From NCBI RefSeq assembly GCF_009914755.1, contig NC_060946.1: 64,000 bases of DNA. The stretch is one strand, 5' to 3'. Of the stretch, positions 24,190 through 45,922 are shown in pieces (the first letter of the stretch is position 1; each line of letters begins with the position of its first letter). The position numbers and the translations under genes are program-made. The notes under the pieces are model-generated. The model was not told the DNA's origin. It ran no database searches and was given only the letters and a program-made list of their open reading frames with translations. The DNA comes from the human T2T-CHM13v2.0 reference genome, Homo sapiens.

Positions 24190-24958
24190 TGCACGCTCAT
24201 GCACAAATGCACGCACATACCCACACTCACACATCCGTGCACACACGGGTACACACACATACACGTGCACCCACATGCATGCTCACACACATGCACCCAC
24301 AGTCACACATCCATGCATGCATGTGTACACAAACACACCCACACATACACATGCACCCACACGTGTACACAGATGCACCTCCACCCCCATACATGCACAT
24401 GGACACACACATGCACCCACACGCACACAAGCATCCATGCTCACATGGGTACACACTCACACATCCATGCATGCACGTGTACACACACACACCCACACAT
24501 ACACGTGCACCCACACATGCACACAGACGCACCTCCACCCCCACACACGCACACACACACATGCACCCACACATGGATACACGCACACTCACACATGTAC
24601 CCACACCTGTGTGTACACACACACATGCATGCTCACACACATGCACCCAGGCACACACAAATCCACATTCACCCATACAGTCACACACATGCATACACAC
24701 ACACATACAAACACATGCATTCACACAGATGCATACACACACACACTTACAAACTACACATGTGCTTATACATGCTCACATGCATGTATATGCACACACA
24801 CACCCTCACCTTATGCACACATGTACCCACACACGTACCCACACATATACAAGCATGCACACATATATATATATATACACATGCTCACACGCATACCCAC
24901 ACTCACATGTGTGCACATATGCTCACACACACGTGCACACACATGCTCACACACACAC
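24190..24958 (+). repeat. Long degenerate (CA)/(CACATG) purine-pyrimidine array
   Basis: ~770 bp of acacac/atgcac repeats with an internal ~154-bp duplication. Confidence 0.95.
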
Positions 24959-25387
24959 TTACTGTTGCTCAGGCTTAGCTGCTTTGGGCTTAAGAAGCAA
25001 ACTGCACCTTCCAAAAAATGAGTGTGGTGTTCAGTTAAACAACCAAATAATTCTTTAGCACTGAATATGTGGACTTTAGAAATTCAAACTATAAGGTGAT
25101 AATAACGTTGTCCTGCTACTTTTTAATCTAACAAACATATCAGAACTGACACTCAGTTCAAATGAAGAAAGTAGGAATTGGGCGTGCCGTGTGATTTTTT
25201 CAAAGATTCTCCTATTGCTCCAAATTGTTGGGGATTATCTTAAAGTCTTTGAATAGCTTCAGTTATGGAAGATTTTACCCTCTGAGAATAGAACTGAATT
25301 TTAGACAAACCATGAGTCCATTGTAGCTAGACTGGCATGCAAGTTGGGATTAAACAGAGTAAAACGTCTTGTTTAAAAAAATAAGAA

Positions 25388-30242
<4,855 letters not shown>

Positions 30243-30497
30243 TAGCGATGAAATCCACCCAATGTCAGGCGATGACTATTATTATTTTACTGATTTATAC
30301 TGTTTGTTCTCTATTAATGTCTTATTTTCCCCAACCGATTTTGAAGTTGAGTAAGGACTATGTTCCGCGGGTATCTTGAGTCCTCTGAGGCACTGAGCTT
30401 GGTGATTTGGACGCAGGAGCTGCTCATTAGTGAGCTGATAGCTGGGAGCATAGCGCATCCCACATCACCTGACTTACCTTGGTGTCCTCCTTTGTAG

Positions 30498-30959
<462 letters not shown>

Positions 30960-31207
30960 TAATCTGCTGGTATCATGTCACTGACAGGCTCCTGTCTTGA
31001 AAAATTTGACAATGGGAAATCCAGTACCAGCCTGAGCTGTTCCAGTGGAGGGGACACTCACATGGTGGGAAGACGTCTGACCCCCAGTCACTACTGAGAA
31101 TTCAGTGGGAATTATAACAATATTGTATAATATTATAGTATATATTGTTATTATCTATAAATACATATTTAATATTATGTAAATGTATGACATTTTAATC
31201 ATAATAT

Positions 31208-33370
<2,163 letters not shown>

Positions 33371-33750
33371 TACAAAACCTAGTTCTAACACAATCACTCC
33401 TTAAATATGGTGGAACACTTGAAGCTTGATATCTAGTTTCGATTCAAAAGCTTCATTTCCCATATTATGCAAAACTGGTGGTTGTGATCTCCAGAATGTA
33501 CTGTTCCTCCTACTAGCTCTAATTTTTCTCCCTGACAGGTGGTCATCAGGTAAATCACAAGTGAAAAGGCCGCACCATAAGGTGTACTTAGGGCACTATT
33601 GCCGCCTAGTAGTATGAATATTTAGGAAAGAGTACTGGTCCTGTCTGTCCCTACTTCACCTATTGACTTTGGAAAAACCTATGTCTATCTTCCAGTCAAG
33701 TTGACAATATCTAAAGGCAGCTCAGTTTTTTTCTAAGAAAGGCCACATAA

Positions 33751-34083
<333 letters not shown>

Positions 34084-34668
34084 GTTCCTTCAGATCAGCC
34101 ACACCTTTTCCAGGAGTTCTGAAGCTGACAGCACTACAAAGGAGACGGGGGAGCAGCACGATTTTGCACAAATATCCACCACTTTAACCTTAGAGCTTGG
34201 ACAGTCTGAGCTGTAGGTAACCGGCATATTATTCCATATCTTTGTTTTAACCAGTAATTCTAAGAGCATAGAACTCAAATGCTGGGGGTAGGTGGCTAAT
34301 CTCAGGACTGGGAAGATTACGGCGAATTATGCTCAATGGTCTGATTTTAACTCACCCGATGTTAATCAATGCACATTGCTTTAGATCACATTCGTGATTT
34401 ACCATTTAATTAACTGGTAACCTCAAAATTCGTGGCCTGTCTTCCCATTCACCCCGCTTTTGACTATTGTGCTCCTTTATAATTCTGAAAACTAATCAGC
34501 ACTTTTTAACAATGTTTATAATCCTATAAGTCTAGATGTATCCAAAGGTGAAGTATGTAAAAAGCAGCAAAATATTTATTTCAAAGACTTCACTTCTGTT
34601 TCCTGAATCTAAAGAAAGACAACATGCTGCTTTTTAATCATAGGATGGAGAATTTTAAAGAACTGTTT

Positions 34669-35119
<451 letters not shown>

Positions 35120-36018
35120 TCATAAGCTAGCACCCGTGGTAAGCGGGACGAGACAAGCTCCCGAAGCCCGCCAGCTTCCTGCTCCACTCAGCTCCGTCCA
35201 GTCAACCTGAACCCACCCAGTCCAGCTGTCTGTGGGAATGGTGGTGTTCTTAGGGACAGACTGACACCTTACTTGTCAGTGTTCCTCCGGGCCCCATTTG
35301 GCAGCTCCCGTATCTTTTGTTATGTTGCTTTTAAAGATATGATGTTTTATTGTTTTAACTCTTGGTGACAGTAGATGCTCTCTGGAGCGCAGACGAGGCA
35401 CATGTGTCTTCATAGCCTGGGCTGGGTGGGAGCCAGTCACCCTGCGGATCGAGAGAGGGGGTAGAGTCTTCTTCAAATGGCAGTTTTACTTCAAATGGCA
35501 GATTTCACAAGAGTTGGTTATTTTTTACAATGGTTTAGGTTGTTAAGTCTCCTTTGTATGTAAGGTAGTTTTTTCAACATCTAAAATTTTTGTTTTAGCC
35601 TTCAAAATCAACTTACCAACCTCAGTCCAGCTGGGAAGGCAGCGTTGATTATGGTAGTTTGTCAAGAATATATGGACCTGGAAACACTTTCTCTCTCTGT
35701 CCACCTGGTAGATAAATTGTCCTGTTGAGAATTTTTAGATCTGGACTGGAACTGCCAGGACCACCGCCTCCAGGGAGTCGCTGGGCACCTGGAGGTATCG
35801 TCGATGCCTCTCCCCCATCTTTAGAAAATTTGGCTCTTCTGAGGTCATTATTATTTTAAGAATGATTAGGATTGATAAGGGTCCCATGACCAGCATTATG
35901 AAAATGCGAGAGTGGGAAGGACACAGTGTGAGACTTCCACTAGAAAAAAGTGAAAGTTAGGGTTAGGACATCCTTTTTTAAAAATTACAAATTTAGTCCG
36001 TTTTGGTTTTTGTAATCA

Positions 36019-36330
<312 letters not shown>

Positions 36331-39300
36331 GATGCAATCAAAGGGGCTGTTGGCCAGCAATGGCAGCAGCAGCGGCGGGCAGTCTGCCCAAGTGTCTTAG
36401 GAACCAAAAGCAAATAAAAGTGTTTCCATATATGCCACCAGCCAAGTGGCCATCCTAATTCAGAAAGAAGCTAGCCTTTGAGTGTCTGTCATGGTGCATC
36501 CGTTTCAGTATTATTTCCTAAAATGAGAAGCCCCTGTGTCAACAAGATCCAGGGGCTGGAGCCCAATGCCAAGCCTGTGTTGTCCCCAACGACCCTGCAG
36601 CTGCTCGCTCTGATGTACCCTGTGCCATTCAAGGAGATGTGGTCCAGGAAAGTGAGCCTCATGGTTTTCAGAGAAGTCATTGTTCTGTTTACATTTTCAT
36701 AAAACCTGTTTAAAATAGCTCCCCGTCTCAGGCTTTCAGCAGTAACAGTGAGCTGACTGGCAAGTTCGATGTTAGCTCCCGGGACACTCAGCAGCGATGG
36801 TGAGCATTTTGGTTTCCTTAAGGCCCAGCAAGACTTCCAGGGACATCTCTGGTGAAGCCAGAATGGAGACACCCGTGACCTCAGGCTGAAAGTCACTCGA
36901 CATTGGTCTCTTGTGTTGATAGGGAAGGAAATCAGGCATTCCTATTTCTTTAAATAACAAAACCACTAATTGCCACTCAATGCTGGAATATTTTGGGTCA
37001 CCTAATCATAGATTTCTCAGGGCATCAATACTCAAATATAGGCTGATTATGCCCCAGTTCAAATGGGAACTATTAACAGAGTGCATTTCTTGCTTGCTGG
37101 GTTTCAACAGACATCAGCCAAAAGAACAAAAGAGATGTCAGGACAGATTCCAGGAGTGTCGGAGCACATGTGTGGCACCCGCTCCCTCTGGCAGCGAATG
37201 TAGGAAGTCGCCAAATTTACCCACTCTTCAACAAGTCATTGTTTAAACACGGTTTTTCATTTTCTCAACTTTTAATAGCAAAAAGTGCCAAAGTCCTCAG
37301 AGACCTAACAGCCTTGGTCTACCGTGCTGACCAGGGTGAAGGCACGGCGAGGGACTCCTCCCAGACGTGCCTCTTGTGTGCCAGCTGGCTGTGGCTCGGG
37401 AGCAGACGCAGGCCTCTCCATTGTCCAGGGGAGCCTGGCGGCGCATCCCTCCTCTCCCACCTCCTGGCACTTCCAGCTGGGTGTCCCACATGTTGGATTC
37501 CGTCCCCACCACACTTCCAGAGACCGGAGAACTGTGCAGGGCCTAAGGCCGTTTGGATGAATTGTCAAAACAAGATGCTTCCAGTTACAGCGGCAGGAGC
37601 GGGACTGGGAGCACGGGCTGACGGCTGCTGGTGCCTTTCTTCCCACCTCGCTTGCCTGTTTCCGCTTGACCCTTCCTCCAGCTCCGATGAGAAGAGTATA
37701 AAGCATCTTCCTAACGGGTGTGTTTGCTATACGAACATAATGGACGTGAAGTGGGGCAGAAACCCAGAACTCAGCATTCAAGGATGCCCAGGAGAGCTGT
37801 CCCTGTTTTAAAGAGCTGTGTTTTGTTTTGTTTCGCATTTAGAGAGCAGACAAGGCACCCTTCTGCTGCGCTGATACGTTTCTTACACTGGGCCATTTTA
37901 GACCCCCAGGGAAACAGCCTTCCTGGAGCGTTGTCTGGAGGTTCCAGGGACAGGGCAGCCTCCCAGAGCCGAGCAAGAGCTCAAGGTACAAATGAGAGAT
38001 TTGCTATACCGTGAGAAGTCAACAACTTAGCCACCACTTCCCCGCAATGGACCATGTAACAAATACCTCAGCAGGCCCTGCAAAAGGCCATGCTAGAGCT
38101 GAGGCGCACAGCCTGTGGCCTCTGTAGTTAGGGCAGGTGGGATGGAGACTCCTTGAGTGCACACACCTGAGCCTGCCCACACACAGGGGAGCAGCATCTC
38201 GTATGACGTCTGGAAGGAACTTCGGTTGTGTAAAGGGAGCCTTGAAGATACGTGCAAAAGGTGCTACCCCAATTTGGTGAAACTGACATTGGGCACGTCT
38301 TGGGCTTAGGAGAAGCGGCCGATGGTCCCGGCCTGCAGTGACAAACCCCCCTCCCCGCACCGCCCCCAGCACCCCCTCTCCTCTTCACCTCTTCCTGCTG
38401 GCCACGAGGAAGCCACTTCCTCAGAGAGACCCTACCAGATGCGGATGGAAACAGATGCACCAAAGCAAGCCCTGATGAAACCGCGACTTCCTAAGGTCTG
38501 TCTCCTCTGAACTTGCACCTGGGCCTCTCTGTGTTTGGTTCCAAGCACTTCCCACCTCAAACTCCCATTTTCAAACCACTGTATCTCTGCGCACATCTGC
38601 TACTTACCAGCCGCATACATGATGGAGGGTTTTTTGGTCCTGATCCAGTGGCCACACCTGTCTTTGAAATGTCTCACTGAACTCCAGTTTTAAAATAGAT
38701 TCATTGCTTCAACACAGCAAGCCCAATGCACCCAGCTAAGACTGGCTTGACCGACAGCCTGGCCTTTGGTGGGGGGCTTCCTGGGGCCTGGGGAAAGCTG
38801 GCCACCTTCAACAGCTGGTACCTCTTCAACAGTGTGGCCTTTCAAAATGCAGATGCCACCAGGAGAACATGCCCACAGCTCACCACCTATGGATGCCATG
38901 GCTCTGGGCAGCTTTCAAAGCAGGTTCCTGTGGTCTCCTCAGCTGTTTGAGGGGGTAACAGCAAATCAGCCTCCATTTTAAAATGAAAACACCAGCCTCC
39001 AGATGTAGGGCCTGCTGGGTGTTGCTAGCCGCTGGTCCCCAGGCACGGTGCACTTTCTCCACCTCCTGCAGCCTCCCTGTTGTTTCTAGACTCTTGCACC
39101 TGGTGAGTGCAAGGATAGGTGACCCAGGGGCCTGCAGCCTTGTCCTCAGCTCCCATCTCCTGGACTGCCAGCCTCACCCTCTGCAGTTAGCATGGTTGGC
39201 CTGATGCAGGGATCCCGAGGGATTACTTTTTAGACCTTCTTTCACATTCAGAAAAGTAGTATAGATTCAGGAGAGGCAAGAAAATTATGCTGTCCATAGA

Positions 39301-41434
39301 AGTCACCCATGAAGACTGATGCCACCACCTGAAGGCTCATGATTGTTAAAAATGTCCACGGGAACCTCTCGTCCACAGGAGGTTTGTCTCAACACTTCCC
39401 ATTTTTACGGCATTGGCATTGCCAAGCATGGGGAAGTATCTGCTCTTCTCATGTTAAAAGTGGCCCAGCTTTTCTTAACTCAGTCCAAGCTGACTTGTTT
39501 AGCTGCACTGGAATTTCTTACCAACCAAATATTTGCATCGAGCAAAGGGGGCTGTGTGCACCTCCCTAATGGCAGCGATGATGGCTGCTGTCATTCAAGC
39601 CCATCTTCAGACGTCACAGTCTGGAAGTGAAATGTCCACAAACATCTGTGGCAGAAAAGGCTATACGGACCACCCAGTTGTGCTGCAGCTTTACAGAGCA
39701 AGGAAGGGTTGTGGCAAATAAATGATTAACCTGCCTCGACTGTGCTGAGGGCAACAAAGGCCATCTCACCAAAGGATTATTCGATGCCATTAAATCATCC
39801 CGTGACCTTCCTGCTTCCGAGTCCATGGCCTTTGCCCAGGGCATGTACTCCCCTGAGAGGCCTTCTGCCTAGAAAGATCTATGACTGGGTTCCAAAGTTG
39901 AGGCCTAGGTTTTTGCTGGGATTTAGATATTTTCAGGCACCATTTTGACAGCATTCAGGAAAACGGTTATTGACCCCATAGACTAGGGTAAGAATAAAGG
40001 CAATAAATTTGGTCTGACTCAGAATATAGGAGATCCATATATTTCTCTGGAAACCACAGTGTACACTAAAATGTGAAATTGAAGGTTTTGTTAAAAAGAA
40101 AAAGATAATGAGCTTCATGCTTTGTTTAATTACATAATGATTTCCATTACGCTATTTCTGTGAAATGCAGCAGGTTCTTAAACGTTATTTCAGTGGCATG
40201 GGCTGGAAGCTTATCACAAAAAGCCATGTGTGTGGCCTTATCAGAACAGAAAGAGACAGGCTGGTGCCCAAGGCTGCTGCCTGCTCCACCTTTTGCCAGC
40301 TCTGGACATCTGAGGACGTCCCGGCAGATCTGGAATGGGGCCCTCAACTGACCATTTGCTTCTCAGAATTTCAGTTTGAGACATGAGAGGTATAATCAGT
40401 TACTTTTCTCCCCCCAGAGAAACCCTTTTGTGAGGGGAGAGGAGCTATGGTATGTGGTTCAGCTGAAACACATACAACTGCATCCTTTTGGAGTCCTTTG
40501 CCAACAAAAACAGACCAACAGACCAGATGGTGTCCATGTTCAATATCATGTCTTGATGGACGCAGCTGATGACCTCAAATACTTGAGTGGTCTCATGGCT
40601 GTTAGATGGATTATTTGAAAAAAAAAAAAAAAAAGAGAGAAAAAATAATTGATTTTTACATCAGAGATAGCAAACTAAGACCTGGGGAGGGGGGTCAGCT
40701 TTTATTTTATTTTATTTTTTTTAAGTTTGCTAGTTGGGTCAAATGTGAGGAGGAGGGAGTCTACCTGCCACCTCTTCTCTTGCCCCTCTTCTGCCCACAC
40801 ATCCAGCATCCAAAATCCATTCATTTAATGAATTGATAAAGTGCCGTGCAAACTGGTGCACAAACAGGCCCCCAGTCCACGCAGCCTGGCTCCTAGGAAA
40901 AGTGGTGACCGGGCGTGGGGGGACATGCCGCAGCCCTGGGACACAGTCGGGCACCTTCCCCGGACCCCCAGGCCTTGGCTGTGCCTCAAGTCAGAGAGGG
41001 TCAGCCTTCAGGCCCCGGAGACGAGTGACTGGCCGATCATTTCACAATAAAATCACTCACTTTTGGCAACTTCACTTTTTTTAAGGCACAGTCAGTTCCT
41101 TTTTTCATGTACCTCACAAAAGATGAAGACCATGTAGTACTCTTTTTGGTAAAGTTACAGTGTTCATGTTAAATATCACTTTTTTCTACATTGTGTGGTA
41201 AAAAGAACTATGTTAATAGCTATATCTTAAATACTGTGATTTGACTTTTTGAAAAATATCCTAATACAAATATTTTACTAACTTACAATCACTCATTTAA
41301 TAAGAAACATTTGGATTCTTTTGAAATCAGTGTTAATTGACTCATATTCTTAAAAGCCTGGCTCTTGACCCTATTGGAAACACAAAGGAAGCTGAAATCA
41401 AACATCTAAAATACACTGCGTACACGTGTGCGTG

Positions 41435-41462
41435 CACACACACACACACACACACACACACA
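41435..41462 (+). repeat. (CA)n microsatellite in PPARA 3'UTR
   Basis: Perfect CA run. Confidence 0.95.
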
Positions 41463-42434
41463 GCTCTTCATTTCTCCTGAGCCATGCAGAATTTACTTTC
41501 AATGTGGAAATCTGTTCCCTTTACCACACTGTATATGCACAGAGCACAAGAGAGGCTATCTCTAGTCACTTCCACCAGCGAGGCCTTAGACTCCGTATTA
41601 GAGGCCACCGATTTCATACAACAGTGTTTCGCTAAAGACCCTTCACTATTCTTGTTTAGTAAATAGCTGTCTGCTCTTCAGGGAACTGTTACCTATGGGT
41701 TATTACCAAAGAACGCTGGCAATTGGAAATGTCCTGATGGAAATTCTTTGCACGTGCCGGTTCTCTGGCATCCTCCAGGTGGCCCAACCCAAAGCAGAAA
41801 GCAGAAACCACAGACCCCGTGAGTCTCCCCATACCTTGTTTCCAATAACTTGGCAAAACTTCTTGGTGCATATTGGTTACACCCTCTGGGATTCATAATG
41901 CCATTAGGCTAAAACCCTAAGAGAGAGGGTTGACAGAAACACACGCGAGAATGAGGCAGATCCCAGAGCAAGGACTGGGCCCAGACTCTCCACATGTGCT
42001 CTACTAGTGAGTGCCTTATACTCTCAGTATTTTGGGGCTTACAGCTTCTTATTTGTGCTAAAAAGGTGCAGTTCCAAAGTAGGAACTGCCACACAGGCCC
42101 CAGCATCCTCTCTCCAACTTCATACCTCTCTCCTGGTGGGGGGAGCGGGCATCCAGGACCTCCGGAATCAAGGATGTGCAGAGAAGAGCGAAAGTAATTT
42201 TTCTAGTCACATGAACTGATTGGTTCCAGGCAATTAGAAAATGGCTATAAAATAACCTTAATTTTAAAAAAAAATCTTGGGTCTTCGTTTTCCTATTAGG
42301 AGACTGAACTGACCACATGTATTGATTTATATCCTGAATATATGGGAACTTCTGTGTTTGGGATGTCCTACTGTAAGACTGATGAATGTACAGAGTTAAT
42401 TTCAGGGTACAGTTTTGCCTTAATGGTTTTAAAA

Positions 42435-42440
42435 AATAAA
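42435..42440 (+). terminator. PPARA: PPARA distal polyadenylation signal AATAAA
   Basis: aaaaaataaactattttttaaaattttttggtgagttttgagtg. Confidence 0.8.
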
Positions 42441-42734
42441 CTATTTTTTAAAATTTTTTGGTGAGTTTTGAGTGATGCTGCGAGATGGACTGTTTGGTCT
42501 AAAAGAACCAAGTCCCCAGCTGTGGGGTCCGCCCTCCGCCAGAACAGTCCCTGCGCCCCTCATGGAGGCTGTCTCCACCTGCACAGTCCCTTTTGTGTCC
42601 TTCAACATACGGAATGGATCAAGGACAATCTGGCTCCGGAATACGACATCCTTTCGTCTGAAGTCACATACAACGGGAACTTTTAAAGCAGTGAGCATCT
42701 TAAAGTCCATCAGTGCACAAGTCAGTAAAAACTC

Positions 42735-42740
42735 TTTATT
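42735..42740 (-). terminator. CDPF1: CDPF1 polyadenylation signal AATAAA (minus strand)
   Basis: tttatt on + strand, ~1 kb beyond the CDPF1 stop codon. Confidence 0.75.
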
Positions 42741-43792
42741 CATTCCTTCATGTGACAGTTGGCCTTGAGTAGTTACAAAGACAGAGCAGTTCCTGCCTCT
42801 CAGAATTCTAAGCAGACATTCCAGAGCTCACAGATCAGTGTCCCACCAGCTGCTACCCTGGAAGCTTCAGGGAGATGGGGAGCCTGGAGTAGGGGGGTGC
42901 TGCAGGAACCCCCGGCAGGCAGTGGGGCCAGGCTTCACAGGCACCCAGGGCTGAGTGCGAGATGGCAGGGGGCAAGCAGGCAGGCAGTGGGATGGTCTTG
43001 AGGTGTGGGGTGAGGGCAGGAAGCCCACGGTATTCCTGACTTGGAGTCGAGGGAGACAGAACGGAGGGGCCCGAGCTGAAGACAGAGTCTGAGGGAACTG
43101 GAGAGGCTAGAAGCCAGCACTCAGCTTCCCAGGAGACCCCAACTATTGCCGGGCCAAGTGTCCAGGGAGAACGTCGGGTATCCAAATGTTTCAGTGGAAG
43201 ATTCCTTTTCCAAACATGAGCTGGTTCTTTGGGTTTTTAATTATAAACATAATACATGGTCAAGGTTAAAAACATTTTCCAAGCACCACATAAGGATATG
43301 AAATAAAAATTCTATCCCCCTCTAGACCTTCCAGACTGGGTCCAGAAGGAGCTGCTGTCAGTGATTTTCCTTACAGAGAGACCATTGCAGCCACCTACAG
43401 TGCACCATGGCCCCGACACAGTGTGGCATCTCCCCCCACACGCACCTGCACGCAGCCTCTTAGGAGCTGCCCTGCTGAAGGAGGTCATCCCTCTCAGTCA
43501 CATCTGAGCAGCACTCACTCAGGCCTGGGCCCTGAGGGGCATGTGGGGGGACCTGGCCGGGTTCCTGGCTGTGTCTTGTCTGGCATCTGCCTTTGGACTA
43601 CCCTCTTGCTACAGCTCCCTGGGCCTGTGGCTGCTCCAAGCTGGACTCCAGCTCCCCTGGGCTGCAGTGCTGCTCCCAGTGGTCCAGAAACAAGGCCAGG
43701 CATGGCGGCTCCCAGCTCAGCAGCATCCCTGGCGCAGGCTGGCCCAGGAGCTCTGTGCAGGGTGCCGCCCGATGACCTAGCCCCAGTTGCAC

Positions 43793-43939
43793 TCACGTCC
43801 GAGAACCGGGCTGGCTGGGGGTCCTCTTTGATGGAGCTTTCCTTTTCTCCAAGTCTTGCCGAATTTCCTGAGGAAAAGCATTGATGTTCTCCCGGACACA
43901 AGGGAGGCAGAATCTCTTGGAGTAGAATAAACTGCATTC
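43793..43939 (-). CDS. CDPF1: Cysteine-rich DPF motif domain-containing protein 1, last coding exon
   Basis: acttctttaag|GAA TGC AGT; ECSLFYSKRFCLPCVRENINAFPQEIRQDLEKRKAPSKRTPSQPGSRT*; three coding exons 113+112+147 bp = 123 aa + stop. Confidence 0.95.
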   Translation of the reverse strand, partial: ECSLFYSKRFCLPCVRENINAFPQEIRQDLEKRKAPSKRTPSQPGSRT

Positions 43940-45314
43940 CTTAAAGAAGTGGACAAGGATGGAGGCTTGAGTATCCTGGGAACATGGTGCAGCTCCTCCC
44001 AGGGGCCAGCCCTTCCCACACTTGGGGGGCTGGGCTGGGGCCCCAGCATGCACAGTGTGGGCAGGTGGCCAGAGCTAGACCAGCAAGAGGGAGAGCCAGG
44101 CCTGAGGGCCTGGCAGGGTGTCCAGGAGAAAAGCAATGCAGGCCTGGGCTACCCTGGGTGGGAACAGCTGGGATGGGACAGAAAGACTCTGGGGCCTGCT
44201 CTGCTCCATCACGGGGCAGTGACAACAATGGAAAGCTGGAGCACAGGCCATGCCCCGAAAATCCCAGAGTCCTCCCGTCCCAGCTATCGCAGCACGAACA
44301 GTGGCCACCTGGTGCTGGGAGCGGCAGGGGACAGGAAGGACAGCCCCACAGACCAAAGACGCCATGGACGAGCCAGCTAGTCTGGGCAGGAGGCCAGAAC
44401 CGTGCAGCCATGTCCGCTCTCCTCTCTCTTACACACTAGAACTCCCGAGATTCATCACGGTGCACAGCACGTGGCTAAGGATGACATTCCCCAGCCCCCT
44501 CTGTAACTGGGCATCGCCATGTGACTCAGGCTGGTTAGGGGCGTCAGCAACTGTGTGTGCCACCTCCTGGTCATGCCCTTTGAAGGCATGGACTGTGCTC
44601 TCACGTCCCTTCCCGCTGCCTGGGATGCAAATATGATGGTGGGAGCTCCACAGCCACAAGGGACCCAAATAGAGACTCTGCTGAAGACAACAGGGGTGCC
44701 CTTCCAGCCAAGGCCACCAGTTCTGGACTCTTACATAGGAGAAAGTAAGTAAATAACTATTTGCTTTACTTAGGCCACTCTTATTTTTGGTGTCTGTCTG
44801 TTCTTAAAGCTTAGTGTGCTCGCAAACATAAGGCTGCCCTCCTGCAGTTCTTAGAAAAGACCCTTCGCCATGGAGATCCGCTCACTAACAACCTACTGTT
44901 TAAACAAAGAAAGCTGCAGACTTGTGGTACCTGCGTGCGCCCCCCACCCCCGCCACCCCGCTGCTCACGAAGAGCAGCCCAAGGCCAAGGTGTTGCATTC
45001 AAGACCTCCACCTCCCCACCTGGCCCACCCACCTTTGCAGTCTTCCTTTCCCAGCTTCTCCTGGACCACCAGCTCCTCCATGAGCCTCAGATACTCCCAT
45101 GCCACACTGCGGAGGCTCCTCCCACCCTGGCCCATCTCGTCCCCCTGGCTATTGATACAGCTCCCCTTTGTGTGTGTCAACCTGTGGCAGATGCTCAGGG
45201 ACTTCTCAGACTCTGGGGTCACTCTGAGTACACTGGGCACGCTGTGAAAGCCATGCTGCTCCACTTCCATCCGTCCTTGGGTTTACAGCTACCCAGGTGA
45301 ACCTGGCCCACCCA

Positions 45315-45460
45315 GCCTCTCTGAAGCTCAGTTCCCTCATCTATAAAATGGGTGGAATATAATACTGCTTTACCTGACTAAGGGGCAGGACTGAATGAAG
45401 CCTCAGCAGTAAAACAGGTCCCAAGCACAGGACCTGGCACACAACAAGTGCTCATGAAAG
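45315..45460 (+). mobile_element. MIR fragment in CDPF1 last intron
   Basis: ctcagttccctcatctataaaatggg...cctggcacacaacaagtgctca MIR core and 3' phrases. Confidence 0.75.
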
Positions 45461-45810
45461 GACAGTCCCTTCTCCTGGAGATCCCTCCAAGAACATCTAG
45501 AAAGTAAGTCACCATCCTGGTGAGAGGGAGCACAAGGACTGTCTGCACTGTTGGTGGGAAGGGGAGGAACCCTGAGGGGCCACTGGGGTGGGTGCAGAGC
45601 CACCAATTACCTATTTCCATTCCTACACCAGACTGAGACCCTCTAACTGACCCTAGCTTGCCCTCTCACCTCTCCCCTTCATCAGCTGAGGGGCCCCATC
45701 TATAATGGGGTGAACCCGCTGCTCCCTCTCTCCCAGCCCTCCCTACCCAGGGAGAGCTCCAGGATAACCACAGCAAGGACAGGTGGCCCCAGCCCACGCT
45801 GCTTACCCAC

Positions 45811-45922
45811 CGGGCCCACACACACCCGCCTGCTGCACAAACTGCAGCACGAGCCGAGGACCAGGAATCTGTCCTTGTCGGAGGTGAAGGGATCCTTCAT
45901 GACATAGCTTTCCTCCAGGAGG
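45811..45922 (-). CDS. CDPF1: CDPF1 middle coding exon (contains the DPF motif)
   Basis: ctctcctgcag|C CTC CTG GAG...GGC CCG|gtgggt; LLEESYVMKDPFTSDKDRFLVLGSCCSLCSRRVCVGP, 112 bp. Confidence 0.95.

Noticed and set aside
24099-25058. His/Thr-rich (259-303 aa) and Cys/Val-rich ORFs
   Set aside because: Translations of the CA/TG array in all frames.
37170-37838. 213-aa (+) and 177-aa (-) ORFs in the PPARA 3'UTR
   Set aside because: No recognisable domain or exon structure; consistent with chance in GC-rich UTR.
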